The notes below the pieces were generated by a model, which was not told the origin of the DNA, searched no databases, and was given only the letters and a program-made list of their open reading frames with translations. Positions 20,628 to 30,962 of a stretch of 64,000 nucleotides of DNA are shown in pieces. The position numbers were made by a program, and so were the translations under genes. Source of the DNA: Candidatus Methylomirabilota bacterium. Lineage in GTDB: Bacteria > Methylomirabilota > Methylomirabilia > Rokubacteriales > CSP1-6. Position 1 is the first letter of the stretch, and each line of letters begins with the position of its first letter. The stretch covers positions 1,997 to 65,996 of the forward strand of contig JBKPAK010000107.1 in NCBI GenBank assembly GCA_046726415.1, given 5' to 3'.

Positions 20628-21023
20628 TCATGGGGTCCGCCGCTCGAGCAGCTCGATCCGGACGTTGTCGGGCGCCTGGATGAACGCGATCTTGACGCCC
20701 GGACGGATGGTGCGCGGCTCCATCGTGAAGCTGGCGCCCCGGCGCTTGAGCTCGGCCACGGCCTCGTCCATGTCCTCCACGCGCAGGCCAAAGTGATCCA
20801 GCCCGACGTAGGGCTCCGCCGGCGCCGGCGGGACCGCGGCCTCCGGGGCCACCGGAGCGATGAAGATCGTCAGCCCGTTCAGGTCGAGATCGGTGCGGGG
20901 CCTGCCGTCTGACTGGACGGACTCCACGATCTCCGCGTCGAACATCTGGTGGTAGTACGCGGCCGTCGTCTTCACGTCGCGGCTGCGCAGGTGCATGTGG
21001 TCATACCGGTAGGTGGGTGGCAT
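20628..21023 (-). CDS. VOC family (glyoxalase/bleomycin-resistance/dioxygenase fold) protein
   Basis: 131 aa ...HMHLRSRDVKTTAAYYHQMFDAEIV...GLDHFGLRVEDMDEAVAELKRRG. Confidence 0.75.
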   Translation of the reverse strand: MPPTYRYDHMHLRSRDVKTTAAYYHQMFDAEIVESVQSDGRPRTDLDLNGLTIFIAPVAPEAAVPPAPAEPYVGLDHFGLRVEDMDEAVAELKRRGASFTMEPRTIRPGVKIAFIQAPDNVRIELLERRTP

Positions 21024-21076
21024 CCCTCGTCTCCTCCGTTGGACGTCTCAGCCAGCGTCGAGAATCATGCCACGAA

Positions 21077-23068
21077 TCACCCGAGGCCGAGCGAGCCGCG
21101 CAGCTCCTGCCACAGACGCTCGAGGTCGTCGGGGGTGACGGGCTGTTGCGCGGCGAGCGCGTCGACCCTCGGGTAGAGCGTGCGGCGCACGTACGCGCGG
21201 TAGGGCGCGGGCAGGCTCATCAGCAATTCGATGAACATGTCTTGAAGTCCTGGCGGCCACCGGCGCTCGTGCTCGCGGCGCGCGGGCCCGAAGTCGAAGG
21301 GGGCGTCCACGGCCTCGGCCAATGGCGTCTCGCCGCGACGGGCGGTGCGCAGCGCGGCCGTCGCCACCTCGTCCACGCGATCGCCGGCGAGGATCACCCC
21401 ATAGGCGACGCGCGCGTGCTCGCGGGAGACGAGTCCAGCCACCACGTCGGCAAGGACCTTCGCCGGGGGCCGCTCCCACCGATCACCGTGGCCGCCGCCA
21501 CCCGGGGTCCGGACGCTCAGCACATCGCCGGGCTCGAGCGCGAGGATGTCGATCTTCGAGAGCGGCTGCTCGCCGTCCGTGCCCGGGTTCAGCACCGCGC
21601 TGCCCGTGGCCCCGGCCGAGCCGCCGGCCACGCCCCAGGGCGCGAAGCGCAGCCGCTCCATCCCGCGCGCAGTCACCAGGCCCTCGGGGCGACAAACCTG
21701 GAAGTCCAGGCGCACGGCGAAGCCGCCGCGAAACCGTCCGGGCCCGGCCGAGTCCGGGACGAGATGGAATTTTCGGACGATGATCGGCAACTCGGCCTCG
21801 AGGGTCTCGGCGGGTGTCGTCTTCAGAAAGCCGAGTGAGGCGTCGCAGCCGTCGATCCCGTCCCGGCCGGGCCGGCCGCCGCCTCCGCCGATCATCGGCT
21901 CGATCACCGTCACGTGGCGCCGGCCCGCCTCCGGATCCGGGAGCGAGAGGGCCACCATGCACCCCTGACCCCCGCTGGCCGCGGGAATACTCGCGGGCAC
22001 CGCACGGGCCAGCGCGCCCAGCACCGCGTCGTAGATCCGGAGCACGGTGGCGTAGCGGACGCCGCAGGCCGCCGGGAATTTTGGATTGACCACCGAGCCC
22101 TCAGGAAGCGTCATGCGCACGCGCTTGAGCACGCCCGCGTTCAGAGGAATGGTGCGGTCGCGGGTGACGAAGTAGTTCACGAGGGCGACGGCCATGAACG
22201 GGTGGACCCGGCCGGCCGTCGGCACGTTGAGGGCCGAGCCCACCTGCACGTCACTCCCCGTGAAGTCCAAGTGGATCTCGCCGTCGCCGATGATGAGGGC
22301 GACCTTCAGTCGAATGGGGATGTCCGTCACCACGTCGTCCTCGATGTAGTCCGAGAACTCGTAGCAGCCGGCCGGCATCCGGCGGATGACCTCCTCGACC
22401 TTGCGCGTGGCGTAGTCGATCAGGTCGTCCATGGCCTTGTCGACGGTGTCGGGCCCGAAGCGCCGGATCAGCGCGTGCATCCGGCGCTCGCCCGTGGTGA
22501 GCCCGGCCACCAGCGCCTGGAGATCGCCCCAGTTTTGCTCGGGTATTCGGCAGTTGGCCAGGATCACGTCGAGCAGATCCCGGTTCACCGCGCCGCGCGC
22601 GAAGAGCTTCTTGGGCGGCAGCCGCAGTCCTTCCTGGAAGATCTCCGACGCGCGCGGCGAGATGCTCGCCGGCACCATGCCGCCCACGTCCGAGCTGTGG
22701 AGGAAGCCCGCACCATAGGCGACCAGGCGCCCGTCCCAGAAGATCGGCCGGATCAGGTGAATGTCCGGCAAGTGGGTTGCGGCCGCCGCCGAGCCGTAGG
22801 GGTCGTTGGTGATGACGACGTCGCCGGGCTCGAGGGGCCCGACTGCTTCCAGAGTGTGAGCGTAGTTGATGCCGCCGAAGCTGGCCACTCCGAGCTCAAT
22901 CGGATAGGCGAAGAACTCGCCCGACGGCGTGAGCAAGCCGCACGTGAAGTCCGCCGTCTCCTTCACGAAGGTCGTGTACGCCGTCCGCTCCACGACGTAC
23001 GCCATCTCTTCCACGGCGCCCTGCAGGTAATTCCGGAGGATCTCCACGGTCAACGGGTCGAGACGCAT
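21077..23068 (-). CDS. hyuB: hydantoinase B / N-methylhydantoinase B / 5-oxoprolinase subunit family
   Basis: 663 aa MRLDPLTVEILRNYLQGAVEEMAYVVERTAYTTFVKETADFTCGL...; the typical HyuB N-terminus. Confidence 0.85.
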   Translation of the reverse strand: MRLDPLTVEILRNYLQGAVEEMAYVVERTAYTTFVKETADFTCGLLTPSGEFFAYPIELGVASFGGINYAHTLEAVGPLEPGDVVITNDPYGSAAAATHLPDIHLIRPIFWDGRLVAYGAGFLHSSDVGGMVPASISPRASEIFQEGLRLPPKKLFARGAVNRDLLDVILANCRIPEQNWGDLQALVAGLTTGERRMHALIRRFGPDTVDKAMDDLIDYATRKVEEVIRRMPAGCYEFSDYIEDDVVTDIPIRLKVALIIGDGEIHLDFTGSDVQVGSALNVPTAGRVHPFMAVALVNYFVTRDRTIPLNAGVLKRVRMTLPEGSVVNPKFPAACGVRYATVLRIYDAVLGALARAVPASIPAASGGQGCMVALSLPDPEAGRRHVTVIEPMIGGGGGRPGRDGIDGCDASLGFLKTTPAETLEAELPIIVRKFHLVPDSAGPGRFRGGFAVRLDFQVCRPEGLVTARGMERLRFAPWGVAGGSAGATGSAVLNPGTDGEQPLSKIDILALEPGDVLSVRTPGGGGHGDRWERPPAKVLADVVAGLVSREHARVAYGVILAGDRVDEVATAALRTARRGETPLAEAVDAPFDFGPARREHERRWPPGLQDMFIELLMSLPAPYRAYVRRTLYPRVDALAAQQPVTPDDLERLWQELRGSLGLG

Positions 23069-25128
23069 CAGGCTTCCCTCCGGAGAATCAGGTTGCCGAA
23101 ACGGTCGATCTCGCCGACATGGCCGGTCGGCACGAGCACGGTGGTGTCCGGCTGCTCGACGATGACCGGGCCCGCCAGGCGCGCGCCACGGCCGAGCCCG
23201 GCGCGGTCGAAGACCCGCGCCTCAATCGGTCGCCCGTCGAGCCAGATCCGGCGCGTCGCGCGAGGCGCTGGGCTCGCCAAGCCCACCGGAAGCTCGCGGA
23301 GGGGCACGCGAGGACGCCCGGCGCGCAGCTGCACGCGGAGGTTCACGATCTCCGCAGGGGCCTCCCGATCCGCGTGCCCGAAGGCCCGCTCGTGCGCCTG
23401 ATGGAACGCGGCGAGAAGCTCACCGGCGCGGCCAGGCCCTAACCAATCAAGCGCGACGGGAACCTCGATCTCGTACGACTGCCCGACATAGCGCATGTCC
23501 GCCGCGTGGCGAAAGGTCGCCGGCCCCGAGCCTCCACCATGACGCTCGAGCCAACCCGCGAGCTCTGCCCGGAGGGCGGCGTACGGCTCGCGCAGCGCGG
23601 TGGGGTCGAGCGTCGCTCGCTCCCCCCGACGTTGATTCTGAACACTACGCACCGCATCGTTCACGATGTCCGCGCTGATCGCGCCGAGGGCGCAGAGCGT
23701 CCCCGGTGAGCGGGGGACGAAGACGGTGGGGATGCCGACCTCGCGGGCCAGGAGCGCTCCCACGACCGGCCCCGCGCCACCAAAGGCCACCAGCGCGAAG
23801 TCGCGTGGGTCCACCCCGGCGCGCGAGAGAATCTTGGTGAATTCCGCGTACATGTTCGAGACGGCGACCCGGACCACGCTCTCGGCCGCCTCGTTCGGCG
23901 TCATCCCGAGCGAATCGGCGAAGCGGGCGACCGCCTCCTCGGCCAGCGCGCGGTGCAGGCGCATCCGCCCACCCAGGAATCGCTCCGCGTCGAGGAAGCC
24001 GGACACGAGGAACGCGTCGGTGAGCGTGGCGTCCTTGCCGCCCCGTCCGTAGCACGCGGGGCCGGGGTGCGCTCCCGTGCTCTGCGGGCCGACTTTCGGC
24101 AAGCCCACGTCGTCGACCCAGGCCACGGAGCCACCACCCGCGCCGATGGCCGTCACACCCACCACCGGCATCATCACCGGGACTCCGCCGACGTGCTCGC
24201 TCGTGCTCGAGCGCGGACGCCCGTCCTCGACAACCGCAATGTCGGCGCTGGTGCCCCCGACGTCCAAGGTGATGACGTTGGGCAGGCCAGCCTGGCTGGC
24301 CACGTAGGCGGCGCCGATCACCCCCGAGGCCGGCCCCGACAGGAGCGTCGCCACCGTCTGCCGGCGCGCGGCGGCCACGGGCATGATGCCCCCGTTCGAC
24401 TTGGTGACATGCGGTGTGGCCGGAACGCCGCGGGCGGCGAGCACCTGCTCGAACCCCTCGAGATAGCGCCGGACCTGCGGCTGCACGTACGCGTCGAGCA
24501 CGGCGAGGGCCGTCCGCTCGTACTCGCGAGCCTGCGGCCAGACGTCCGCCGACGTGCTCACCGGCAGTCCGGGTGCAGCCGTCTCGACGATGGTCCGCAC
24601 CTGGCGCTCGTGAGCGGGGTTGCGATACGCGTGGAGCAGCGAGACGACAAGGCCTTCGACGTCCTGACTGACAAGACGGCGCACGGCCTCCTGCACGCTT
24701 CTCCCGTGGAGCGGTGTGTCGACCGTGCCATCGGCGCGGAGCCGCTCGCGCACTTCGAACACCCGGGCGCGGGGCACCAGCGGCGGCGGGCGCGATCCGT
24801 CCAGGTCGAACGGGTTCGGAAGGCGCAGGCGCTGTAGTTCGAGCACGTCGCGAAAGCCTTCGGTGACCAGGAGACCAAGCCTGGCGCCAGTCCGCTGGAT
24901 GAGCGTGTTCACGGCAATGGTGGTGCCGTGAGCGATGGTGCCGATCTCGCGCAGATCGACGCCGTGCTCGTCCGCGAGCTGCTCCAGACCGACGCCCACC
25001 GCCTCGGAGAACGCGGGCGGAGTGGACGGGACCTTCAGGCCGATCAGCTCGCCGGTCTGCGTGTCGAAGAGGGCGAAGTCAGTGAAGGTTCCGCCGATGT
25101 CGATCCCGAGCCAGTACCGGGGATTCAC
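23068..25128 (-). CDS. hyuA: hydantoinase A / N-methylhydantoinase A / 5-oxoprolinase subunit family
   Basis: 686 aa MNPRYWLGIDIGGTFTDFALFD...; stop overlaps the hyuB start (ATGA at 23068), indicating coupling. Confidence 0.85.
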   Translation of the reverse strand: MNPRYWLGIDIGGTFTDFALFDTQTGELIGLKVPSTPPAFSEAVGVGLEQLADEHGVDLREIGTIAHGTTIAVNTLIQRTGARLGLLVTEGFRDVLELQRLRLPNPFDLDGSRPPPLVPRARVFEVRERLRADGTVDTPLHGRSVQEAVRRLVSQDVEGLVVSLLHAYRNPAHERQVRTIVETAAPGLPVSTSADVWPQAREYERTALAVLDAYVQPQVRRYLEGFEQVLAARGVPATPHVTKSNGGIMPVAAARRQTVATLLSGPASGVIGAAYVASQAGLPNVITLDVGGTSADIAVVEDGRPRSSTSEHVGGVPVMMPVVGVTAIGAGGGSVAWVDDVGLPKVGPQSTGAHPGPACYGRGGKDATLTDAFLVSGFLDAERFLGGRMRLHRALAEEAVARFADSLGMTPNEAAESVVRVAVSNMYAEFTKILSRAGVDPRDFALVAFGGAGPVVGALLAREVGIPTVFVPRSPGTLCALGAISADIVNDAVRSVQNQRRGERATLDPTALREPYAALRAELAGWLERHGGGSGPATFRHAADMRYVGQSYEIEVPVALDWLGPGRAGELLAAFHQAHERAFGHADREAPAEIVNLRVQLRAGRPRVPLRELPVGLASPAPRATRRIWLDGRPIEARVFDRAGLGRGARLAGPVIVEQPDTTVLVPTGHVGEIDRFGNLILRREA

Positions 25129-25140
25129 GACGTCCGAAGC

Positions 25141-25893
25141 TCAGATTCCGCGGTGGAGGCCGCCGTCCACGTGGATGCGCGCCCCAGTGATGTAGCGCGC
25201 CTTGGGCGAGCAGAGGAACGCCACCAGATAGGCCATGTCGCAAGGATCGCCGAAGTAGCCCAGCGGAATCTGGCGGGCAAACTGCTCCTGGCTCTCTTGG
25301 CTGGGGTGCAGGCGCTGATCGATCTGTTCACTATGGATCCGCCCCGGGGCCAGGCAGTTCACGGTGATGCCGTGGCGGCCCACGTCGCGGGAGAGTCCCT
25401 TTGCCCACGCGTGCACGGCGGCCTTGGCCGGCCCGGCCGCGTTGGTGCCCGCCGGCTCCGAGGTCCCGGTGACGTTGATGATTCGGCCCCGACGCCGCGC
25501 AATCATGCCGGGCAGGAGCGCTTGAGTGAGCCGGCGGACCGCGCTGAAGTTGATGGCGAACGATTCGTCCCACACGCCGTCGGGGGCGTCCACCGCGGTG
25601 GGTCGCGAACCGCCGGCATTGTTCACGAGGATGTCCACGTGGCCGAGCCGAGCCAGCGCCTCGTCACGGACTCGCCCGGCCGCCGCGCGGTCGGCGAGAT
25701 CGATCGTCAAGGCGTGGGGGCGCACGCCGCCCGCGGCCTCGATCTCGTCTTGGAGAGTTTTCAAGAGATCGCCACGCCGCGCGACCACCAGGGTTGGCAC
25801 TCCCTCAGCGGCGAGCACGCGAGCGATCTCCCGCCCGATTCCCACGCTGCATCCGGTCACCACCGCGGTACAGCCGCGAAGCTCGAGATCCAT
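25141..25893 (-). CDS. SDR-family short-chain dehydrogenase/reductase
   Basis: TGCSVGIGREIA cofactor motif, NNAG, and YxxxK catalytic region. Confidence 0.8.
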   Translation of the reverse strand: MDLELRGCTAVVTGCSVGIGREIARVLAAEGVPTLVVARRGDLLKTLQDEIEAAGGVRPHALTIDLADRAAAGRVRDEALARLGHVDILVNNAGGSRPTAVDAPDGVWDESFAINFSAVRRLTQALLPGMIARRRGRIINVTGTSEPAGTNAAGPAKAAVHAWAKGLSRDVGRHGITVNCLAPGRIHSEQIDQRLHPSQESQEQFARQIPLGYFGDPCDMAYLVAFLCSPKARYITGARIHVDGGLHRGI

Positions 25894-26081
25894 CGGTTCC
25901 TCCCGGCGCTGGCCTCCGCGCCGCGTTGATTGAATAGGCTACTCTAGGATGGCGCGCGGGGAGTGAAGGAGAACACGCGGTGAGACCGTTTGCTCGGCCG
26001 CGCGGTGGCTGGACCGAACATGAATCGGGAACGTGCGGACGATGACTGAATCCCCCGGGCTTCGTCACGGGCCCGCGTCCT

Positions 26082-26984
26082 CTACATCTGCCCCCGGAGA
26101 CGCGGGTCGAGCAGGTCGCGCAGGCCATCGCCGAGGAAGTTGATCCCCAGCACCGTCGCCAGGATCGCCAGACCAGGGAAGACGGCGATCCAGCCCGCCA
26201 CGGTCAGGTAGTCGCGCCCTTCGGCCAGCATCCGGCCCCAGGTTGGTGTCGGCGGCGGCACGCCGAGGCCGAGGAAAGAAAGCGCCGACTCCATCAGGAT
26301 GATCCTCGCCACCTCGAGTGTCCAGATCACCAGGACCGGCGCCAGCACGTTGGGCAGGACGTGGCGGACGATGATTCTTGTGTCGTGGGCCCCGAGCGCC
26401 CGCGCCGCCTGGACGAACTCCCGCTCGCGCAACCCGAGGCTCAGCCCGCGTACGACCCGGGCGTAGATCATCCACGTGGTGACCGCCATCACGATCACCA
26501 GGTTGCGCAGGTTGGCGCCGAGCAGGGCCACCACCGCGAGCGCCAGCAGGATCAGCGGAAACGCCAGGTTCAGGTCGGCGATTCGCATGATGACGGCATC
26601 GATCCGGCCGCCGAGGTAGCCCGCTACCAGTCCGGCCGCCACCCCGACCGCGGCGCCGAGGAGCGCCGCCAGCACGCTGATCGTCAGCGAGATCTGGGCG
26701 CCGTAGACCAGTCGCGAGTAGACATCCCGCCCGAGGTGGTCGGTGCCAAGCGGGTGCCGGATTGAGCCGTCGTCGCGCCAGAAGGGCGGCTTCAGCGCGA
26801 CCGACAGATCTTGCTCGATCGGATCGGTGGTGGCCAACAGCGGCGCTGCGAGGGCCGCCACGATGACCAGGCCGACGATCAGCGCGCCGACGCCGGCCAG
26901 TGGGCTGCGCCGGGCCAGCCGAAGGGACGGAACGAGCAGCGAAGGAGGGACGCGAGCGACCGGGGAATAGGAGGGCTCTGACAT
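26082..26984 (-). CDS. ABC transporter permease (DppC-like)
   Basis: MSEPSYSPVARVPPS...HPLGTDHLGRDVYSRLVYGAQISL...; start chosen at ATG (complement of 26982-26984); the ORF-track extension to 27716 is antisense of the next gene. Confidence 0.8.
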   Translation of the reverse strand: MSEPSYSPVARVPPSLLVPSLRLARRSPLAGVGALIVGLVIVAALAAPLLATTDPIEQDLSVALKPPFWRDDGSIRHPLGTDHLGRDVYSRLVYGAQISLTISVLAALLGAAVGVAAGLVAGYLGGRIDAVIMRIADLNLAFPLILLALAVVALLGANLRNLVIVMAVTTWMIYARVVRGLSLGLREREFVQAARALGAHDTRIIVRHVLPNVLAPVLVIWTLEVARIILMESALSFLGLGVPPPTPTWGRMLAEGRDYLTVAGWIAVFPGLAILATVLGINFLGDGLRDLLDPRLRGQM

Positions 26985-26989
26985 TCGCC

Positions 26990-27907
26990 CTAGGTCACCC
27001 GGATGCGCGGGTCGAGCCAGACGTACAGCAAGTCCACGGTCAGGTTGATCAGCACCACTGAGGTCGCCAGGATGAACACCGAGGCCTGGACCACCGGATA
27101 GTCGCGGTTGAGGATCGCCTGGATCGTGAACAATCCGACGCCTGGCCAGGTGAAAATCGTCTCGATCACCACCGCCCCGCCGAGGATGTAGCCAAACTGC
27201 AACCCCACCACCGTGACCAGCGGGATCAGCGCGTTGGGCAGGGCGTGGCGGCTCGTCACGAACAGCTCGCGCAACCCCTTCGCGCGCGCCGTCCGGACGT
27301 AGTCCTCGGAGAGCATCTCGATCATGGTCGAGCGAACCAGGCGGGTCAATAGCGCCATCAGGTTGATGGCGATGGCGGCGGCCGGCATCACCACGTGCGA
27401 CAGCCCGCCGCGCCCGGAGGTGGGCAGTAGCCCCCAGGAAACGGCGAACAGCAGGATCATCATGATCGCCAGCCAGAAGTTCGGGACCGACTGGCCGACC
27501 AGTGCCACCCCCATGGCGAGGAGGTCGATCGGGCTGCCGCGGTGGCTGGCGGCCAGCACGCCCAGCGGCACGGCCAGGGCAATCGCCAGTAGCATCGCCG
27601 TCACCGTGAGCTGAAGCGTGGCCGGCAGCCGCGCTGCGATCAGGGGCAGCGACGACTGGCCGTGCCGGAGCGAGATCCCGAAGTCTCCCTGGACCGCGCG
27701 CCTCAGGAATCGCCAATACTGAAGGGGCAGCGGGTCATCGAACCCCCACTCGGCCCGAAACTTCGCGATCTGCGCCGCGGTGGCCCCCGGCGGCAGCATG
27801 ATCTCGGCCGGATCCCCGGTCAGGAACGTGAGGAGAAACGAAACGACCGACACTCCGAAGATGACGAGGACCGCGCTGGCGAGCCGGCCGGCGATGTAGG
27901 CGCGCAA
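26990..27907 (-). CDS. ABC transporter permease (DppB-like)
   Basis: 305 aa MRAYIAGRLASAVLVIFGVSVVSFLLTFLTGDP.... Confidence 0.85.
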   Translation of the reverse strand: MRAYIAGRLASAVLVIFGVSVVSFLLTFLTGDPAEIMLPPGATAAQIAKFRAEWGFDDPLPLQYWRFLRRAVQGDFGISLRHGQSSLPLIAARLPATLQLTVTAMLLAIALAVPLGVLAASHRGSPIDLLAMGVALVGQSVPNFWLAIMMILLFAVSWGLLPTSGRGGLSHVVMPAAAIAINLMALLTRLVRSTMIEMLSEDYVRTARAKGLRELFVTSRHALPNALIPLVTVVGLQFGYILGGAVVIETIFTWPGVGLFTIQAILNRDYPVVQASVFILATSVVLINLTVDLLYVWLDPRIRVT

Positions 27908-27923
27908 GTCTAGAAGGCTACGG

Positions 27924-29471
27924 TCATCCCTTCAACCCAAGCGGATACAGCCACTGGGTCTCGTCCGGGCGCGGCGTGTAGTCGACCTTGGTGCTCATCC
28001 CGAACACCGAGTCGGCTTGGTAGAGGAAGATGAACGGCGCCTCGTCCTTGATCAGCTTCTGGACGTCGCTGTACTGCGGTGCCCGCTTCTTCGGATCGTC
28101 GGTCCCCTCGATCCGAGTGAGCAGCTCGTCGAGCTTGGCATTCTTGTAGTGCATGCCGAGGCCGCCCTGGGTCAGCCAACGCATCACCCAGGAGGGCTCG
28201 AGATAGGCGTTACCGATGCTATAGATGAAAAGCGGCGCGGTCCGATTCTGCACCCGGCGCGGCCCGAAGGCGGAAAACTCGAAGACGTTCAGCTTGGCCC
28301 TGATCCCGACCTTCTGGAGGTAGCCTACGATCGCCTCGGCCGCCTTGGAGTGGTCGGCGATGCTGCCGGTGAAGCTGTCGAACTCGACCTCGAAGCCGTT
28401 CGGATAGCCGGCCTCGGCCAGCAGCGCCTTCGCCTTGTTCGGATCATATGGATAGGGCTGGACTCCCGGGTCGTACCCCAGCGCTCCCTTGTCCACCACC
28501 GTGGCCAGCCGGGTGCCGTGGCCGAAGTAGAGGCTTTTCAAGATCGCGTTGACGTCCACCGCATAGTTCAGAGCCTGGCGCACCTTGACGTTGTCGAACG
28601 GCGGCTTGCGCACATCGATGGTGACGTGAAAGATGCGCGGGGCGGCGATCGTCTTGATCACCAGCTTGTCGTTTCGCTTGAGTTCCTCGATCCTGACGTG
28701 AGGGATTGGCGAGATCAGATCCACCTCGCCGGTCTGGAGGGCGGCGATGCGGGCGGCGTCTTCGAGAATCGGCCGAACGGTGATTTTCTTTACCTTGGGC
28801 GCGCCGCGCCAGTAGCTCTCGTTGGCCTCGAGAACCAGCCGGTCGTTCTTCGACCACGTGACCAGCTTGAACGGGCCGGTGCCGTTCGGCTTGGTGGCGA
28901 TCGACTCCTTGCCCATGGCGATCGTGTGCTTTGGCGCGAGCATCAGGCCGTACAGCTCGCCCAGGCGGACGGGCAGCAGGAAGTCAGGGGCCTTCGTGAC
29001 CACATTCACCGTGAAGGGGTCCACGATCTCGGTGCTGGCGATCGTGCTGAGCTCAGAGCTGATGGTGGCCTTGGTCTCCTGGTTGGTCGCGCGGTCGAGG
29101 GTGAACTTCACCGAATCGGCGTTGAAATCGTCGCCGTTGTGGAACTTGACCCCCTTGCGCAAGGCGAACTGCCAGGTGGTCGGGTTCAGCCGCTTCCAGG
29201 ACTCGGCGAGGGCAGGCACCAGGGTGCCTTGGGCATCGCGCGCCGTCAGTCCGTCGTAGACGTTGACGATGAAGATCTGCGTGTTGCGGCCGACGGTCAG
29301 GTGCGGGTCGAAGGTGTTGGGCTCCGCCGCGAGGCCGATCTTGACCTCGCCGGTCGGCTGAGCGGCGGCCCGCGCGCCGGAGGCCAGCCCGGCCGCCGCG
29401 GCGGTCAGGCCCAGGGCGCGCAGTACGGAGCGACGAGTAATCGTTTGGGCTCGGTGAGTTTCGCGGGACAT
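27924..29471 (-). CDS. ABC transporter substrate-binding protein, family 5, Tat-secreted
   Basis: MSRETHRAQTITRRSVLRALGLTAAAAGLASGARAAAQ has a twin-arginine signal. Confidence 0.85.
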   Translation of the reverse strand: MSRETHRAQTITRRSVLRALGLTAAAAGLASGARAAAQPTGEVKIGLAAEPNTFDPHLTVGRNTQIFIVNVYDGLTARDAQGTLVPALAESWKRLNPTTWQFALRKGVKFHNGDDFNADSVKFTLDRATNQETKATISSELSTIASTEIVDPFTVNVVTKAPDFLLPVRLGELYGLMLAPKHTIAMGKESIATKPNGTGPFKLVTWSKNDRLVLEANESYWRGAPKVKKITVRPILEDAARIAALQTGEVDLISPIPHVRIEELKRNDKLVIKTIAAPRIFHVTIDVRKPPFDNVKVRQALNYAVDVNAILKSLYFGHGTRLATVVDKGALGYDPGVQPYPYDPNKAKALLAEAGYPNGFEVEFDSFTGSIADHSKAAEAIVGYLQKVGIRAKLNVFEFSAFGPRRVQNRTAPLFIYSIGNAYLEPSWVMRWLTQGGLGMHYKNAKLDELLTRIEGTDDPKKRAPQYSDVQKLIKDEAPFIFLYQADSVFGMSTKVDYTPRPDETQWLYPLGLKG

Positions 29472-29493
29472 GCTCGTTCCTTTCTCGGGTGGT

Positions 29494-29820
29494 TCAGGCG
29501 CCGGTTTGCCGGCCCTTCACCTCGACGATGACATTGCGGAACGTCTTCGTCCCGATGTTGCGCAGCGCGTGGCGCAAGGTGCCCTGGTTCCATCGCATGA
29601 TCGCACCCGGGGCAACTTCGATCCGGTCCACCGTGCCGTCGGCGTTCGGTCGCTCGACGACGTCTCCCTCGACGACAATCGAGGTGTAGTCGAGGTAGTG
29701 GGTGTGCCATCCGGCCTTCTCGCCCGGCGCCAGCTCGATCCGCCAGACCCGCACGCTCTCGTCCTCGTACACCAGCTCGGTTCCGATCGGGTTTCCCTTG
29801 GGGTCGGCCTCGTCCACCAT
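29494..29820 (-). CDS. cupin-domain protein
   Basis: 108 aa ...GEKAGWHTHYLDYTSIVVEGDV...; RBS CAGGAGG upstream; first gene of the minus-strand transporter operon. Confidence 0.7.
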   Translation of the reverse strand: MVDEADPKGNPIGTELVYEDESVRVWRIELAPGEKAGWHTHYLDYTSIVVEGDVVERPNADGTVDRIEVAPGAIMRWNQGTLRHALRNIGTKTFRNVIVEVKGRQTGA

Positions 29821-30003
29821 GGCCCCTCCTGACCTACCTAGTCGCGCGGGGCCCCGAAATGGCCCCGCCCACGCGTTGGAGTGCCCTCGCCCCCATCCCG
29901 CGATGACCGCCGTCTTTCAGGCTGACCTCCTCGTCGGGCGCGCTGAAGAGATCGCCTCTCATCCGGTCCCTGGCTGCGCCCGGGCCGCTCTACGGCGTCG
30001 CCG

Positions 30004-30807
30004 TCACGCCGGCAGCTTCCAGTCGAGCCACGTGCACAGGGCACGCCCCATGATCAGCTCTTTGTCCTTGGCCGAGAGCCACGGCAGTTCCTCCGTGAAC
30101 ATCGTCACGCACTGCCGCCACGAGCATGGCATGCGCGTGATGTCAGTCCCCCAGAACATTCGCTCGGGCCCGAAGGCGTCGTAGAGCTTCCGAATGTGGC
30201 CGTGGATGTTGCGATAGGGATAGGGCTCGCCGGAGTAGCTCGGGGCCCCCGTGGCCTTCAGCGCCACGTTGCGGTGCTTGGCGGCCGCGACGAGCTCTGG
30301 AAGGTTTGTCCAGGCCGCGTCAGGTCTCCCGAAGTGATCGATGATCAGCTTGAGCCCCGGATGGCGTTCCGCGATCTGCCCCATGACCTGCAGGAGATTG
30401 GGGCCGAGGAGCGCGATCGGCAGTCGGGCGCGCTCGGCGGCGGGCCACAGCCAGTCCAGAGTTCCATCGGTCAGCCATGTCTGCTGATGGGGCTGCAGCA
30501 ACGCGAAGCGCAGCCCGAGCATCCCCGGCCGGCTCTTCCAGCTGTCGACCAAGCTCCTGCTCTCAGGGCGATCGAGCGGGAAATTGCCGAGAATCGCGAG
30601 CCGATTGGGATGCTGCCGCGCGGCTTCGACGGCGAGCGCGTTGGAATCGGGATCCCATCCCGGCGGGTGAATCACCGCTGCGTCGACGCCAGCGTCGTCC
30701 ATCTCTTTCAGCACGTCGTCCGCCGTGAAGTCAGTGACCTGCCGGTGGTTCGGGTTGGTCGGCTTGTGGTTCTTCCAGATGTGGACCTGAGCGTCGACGA
30801 TCAGCAT
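30004..30807 (-). CDS. amidohydrolase-2 family hydrolase
   Basis: 267 aa MLIVDAQVHIWKNHKPTNPNHRQ...DHFGRP.... Confidence 0.8.
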   Translation of the reverse strand: MLIVDAQVHIWKNHKPTNPNHRQVTDFTADDVLKEMDDAGVDAAVIHPPGWDPDSNALAVEAARQHPNRLAILGNFPLDRPESRSLVDSWKSRPGMLGLRFALLQPHQQTWLTDGTLDWLWPAAERARLPIALLGPNLLQVMGQIAERHPGLKLIIDHFGRPDAAWTNLPELVAAAKHRNVALKATGAPSYSGEPYPYRNIHGHIRKLYDAFGPERMFWGTDITRMPCSWRQCVTMFTEELPWLSAKDKELIMGRALCTWLDWKLPA

Positions 30808-30962
30808 CGTGGGGTCCCACCTTTCTCGCGGTTCCCGCCAGCGGATGGGTCATCCGCGCACGCGCCTGCCGCGCAGCAGCGCGAAGGTAGCACAGTGAGT
30901 ACCCCCTCACCACGGGTGTGCTCGCCGGTCCTTCCACCTCGGGTTGGCTGTACGGCGAGGGC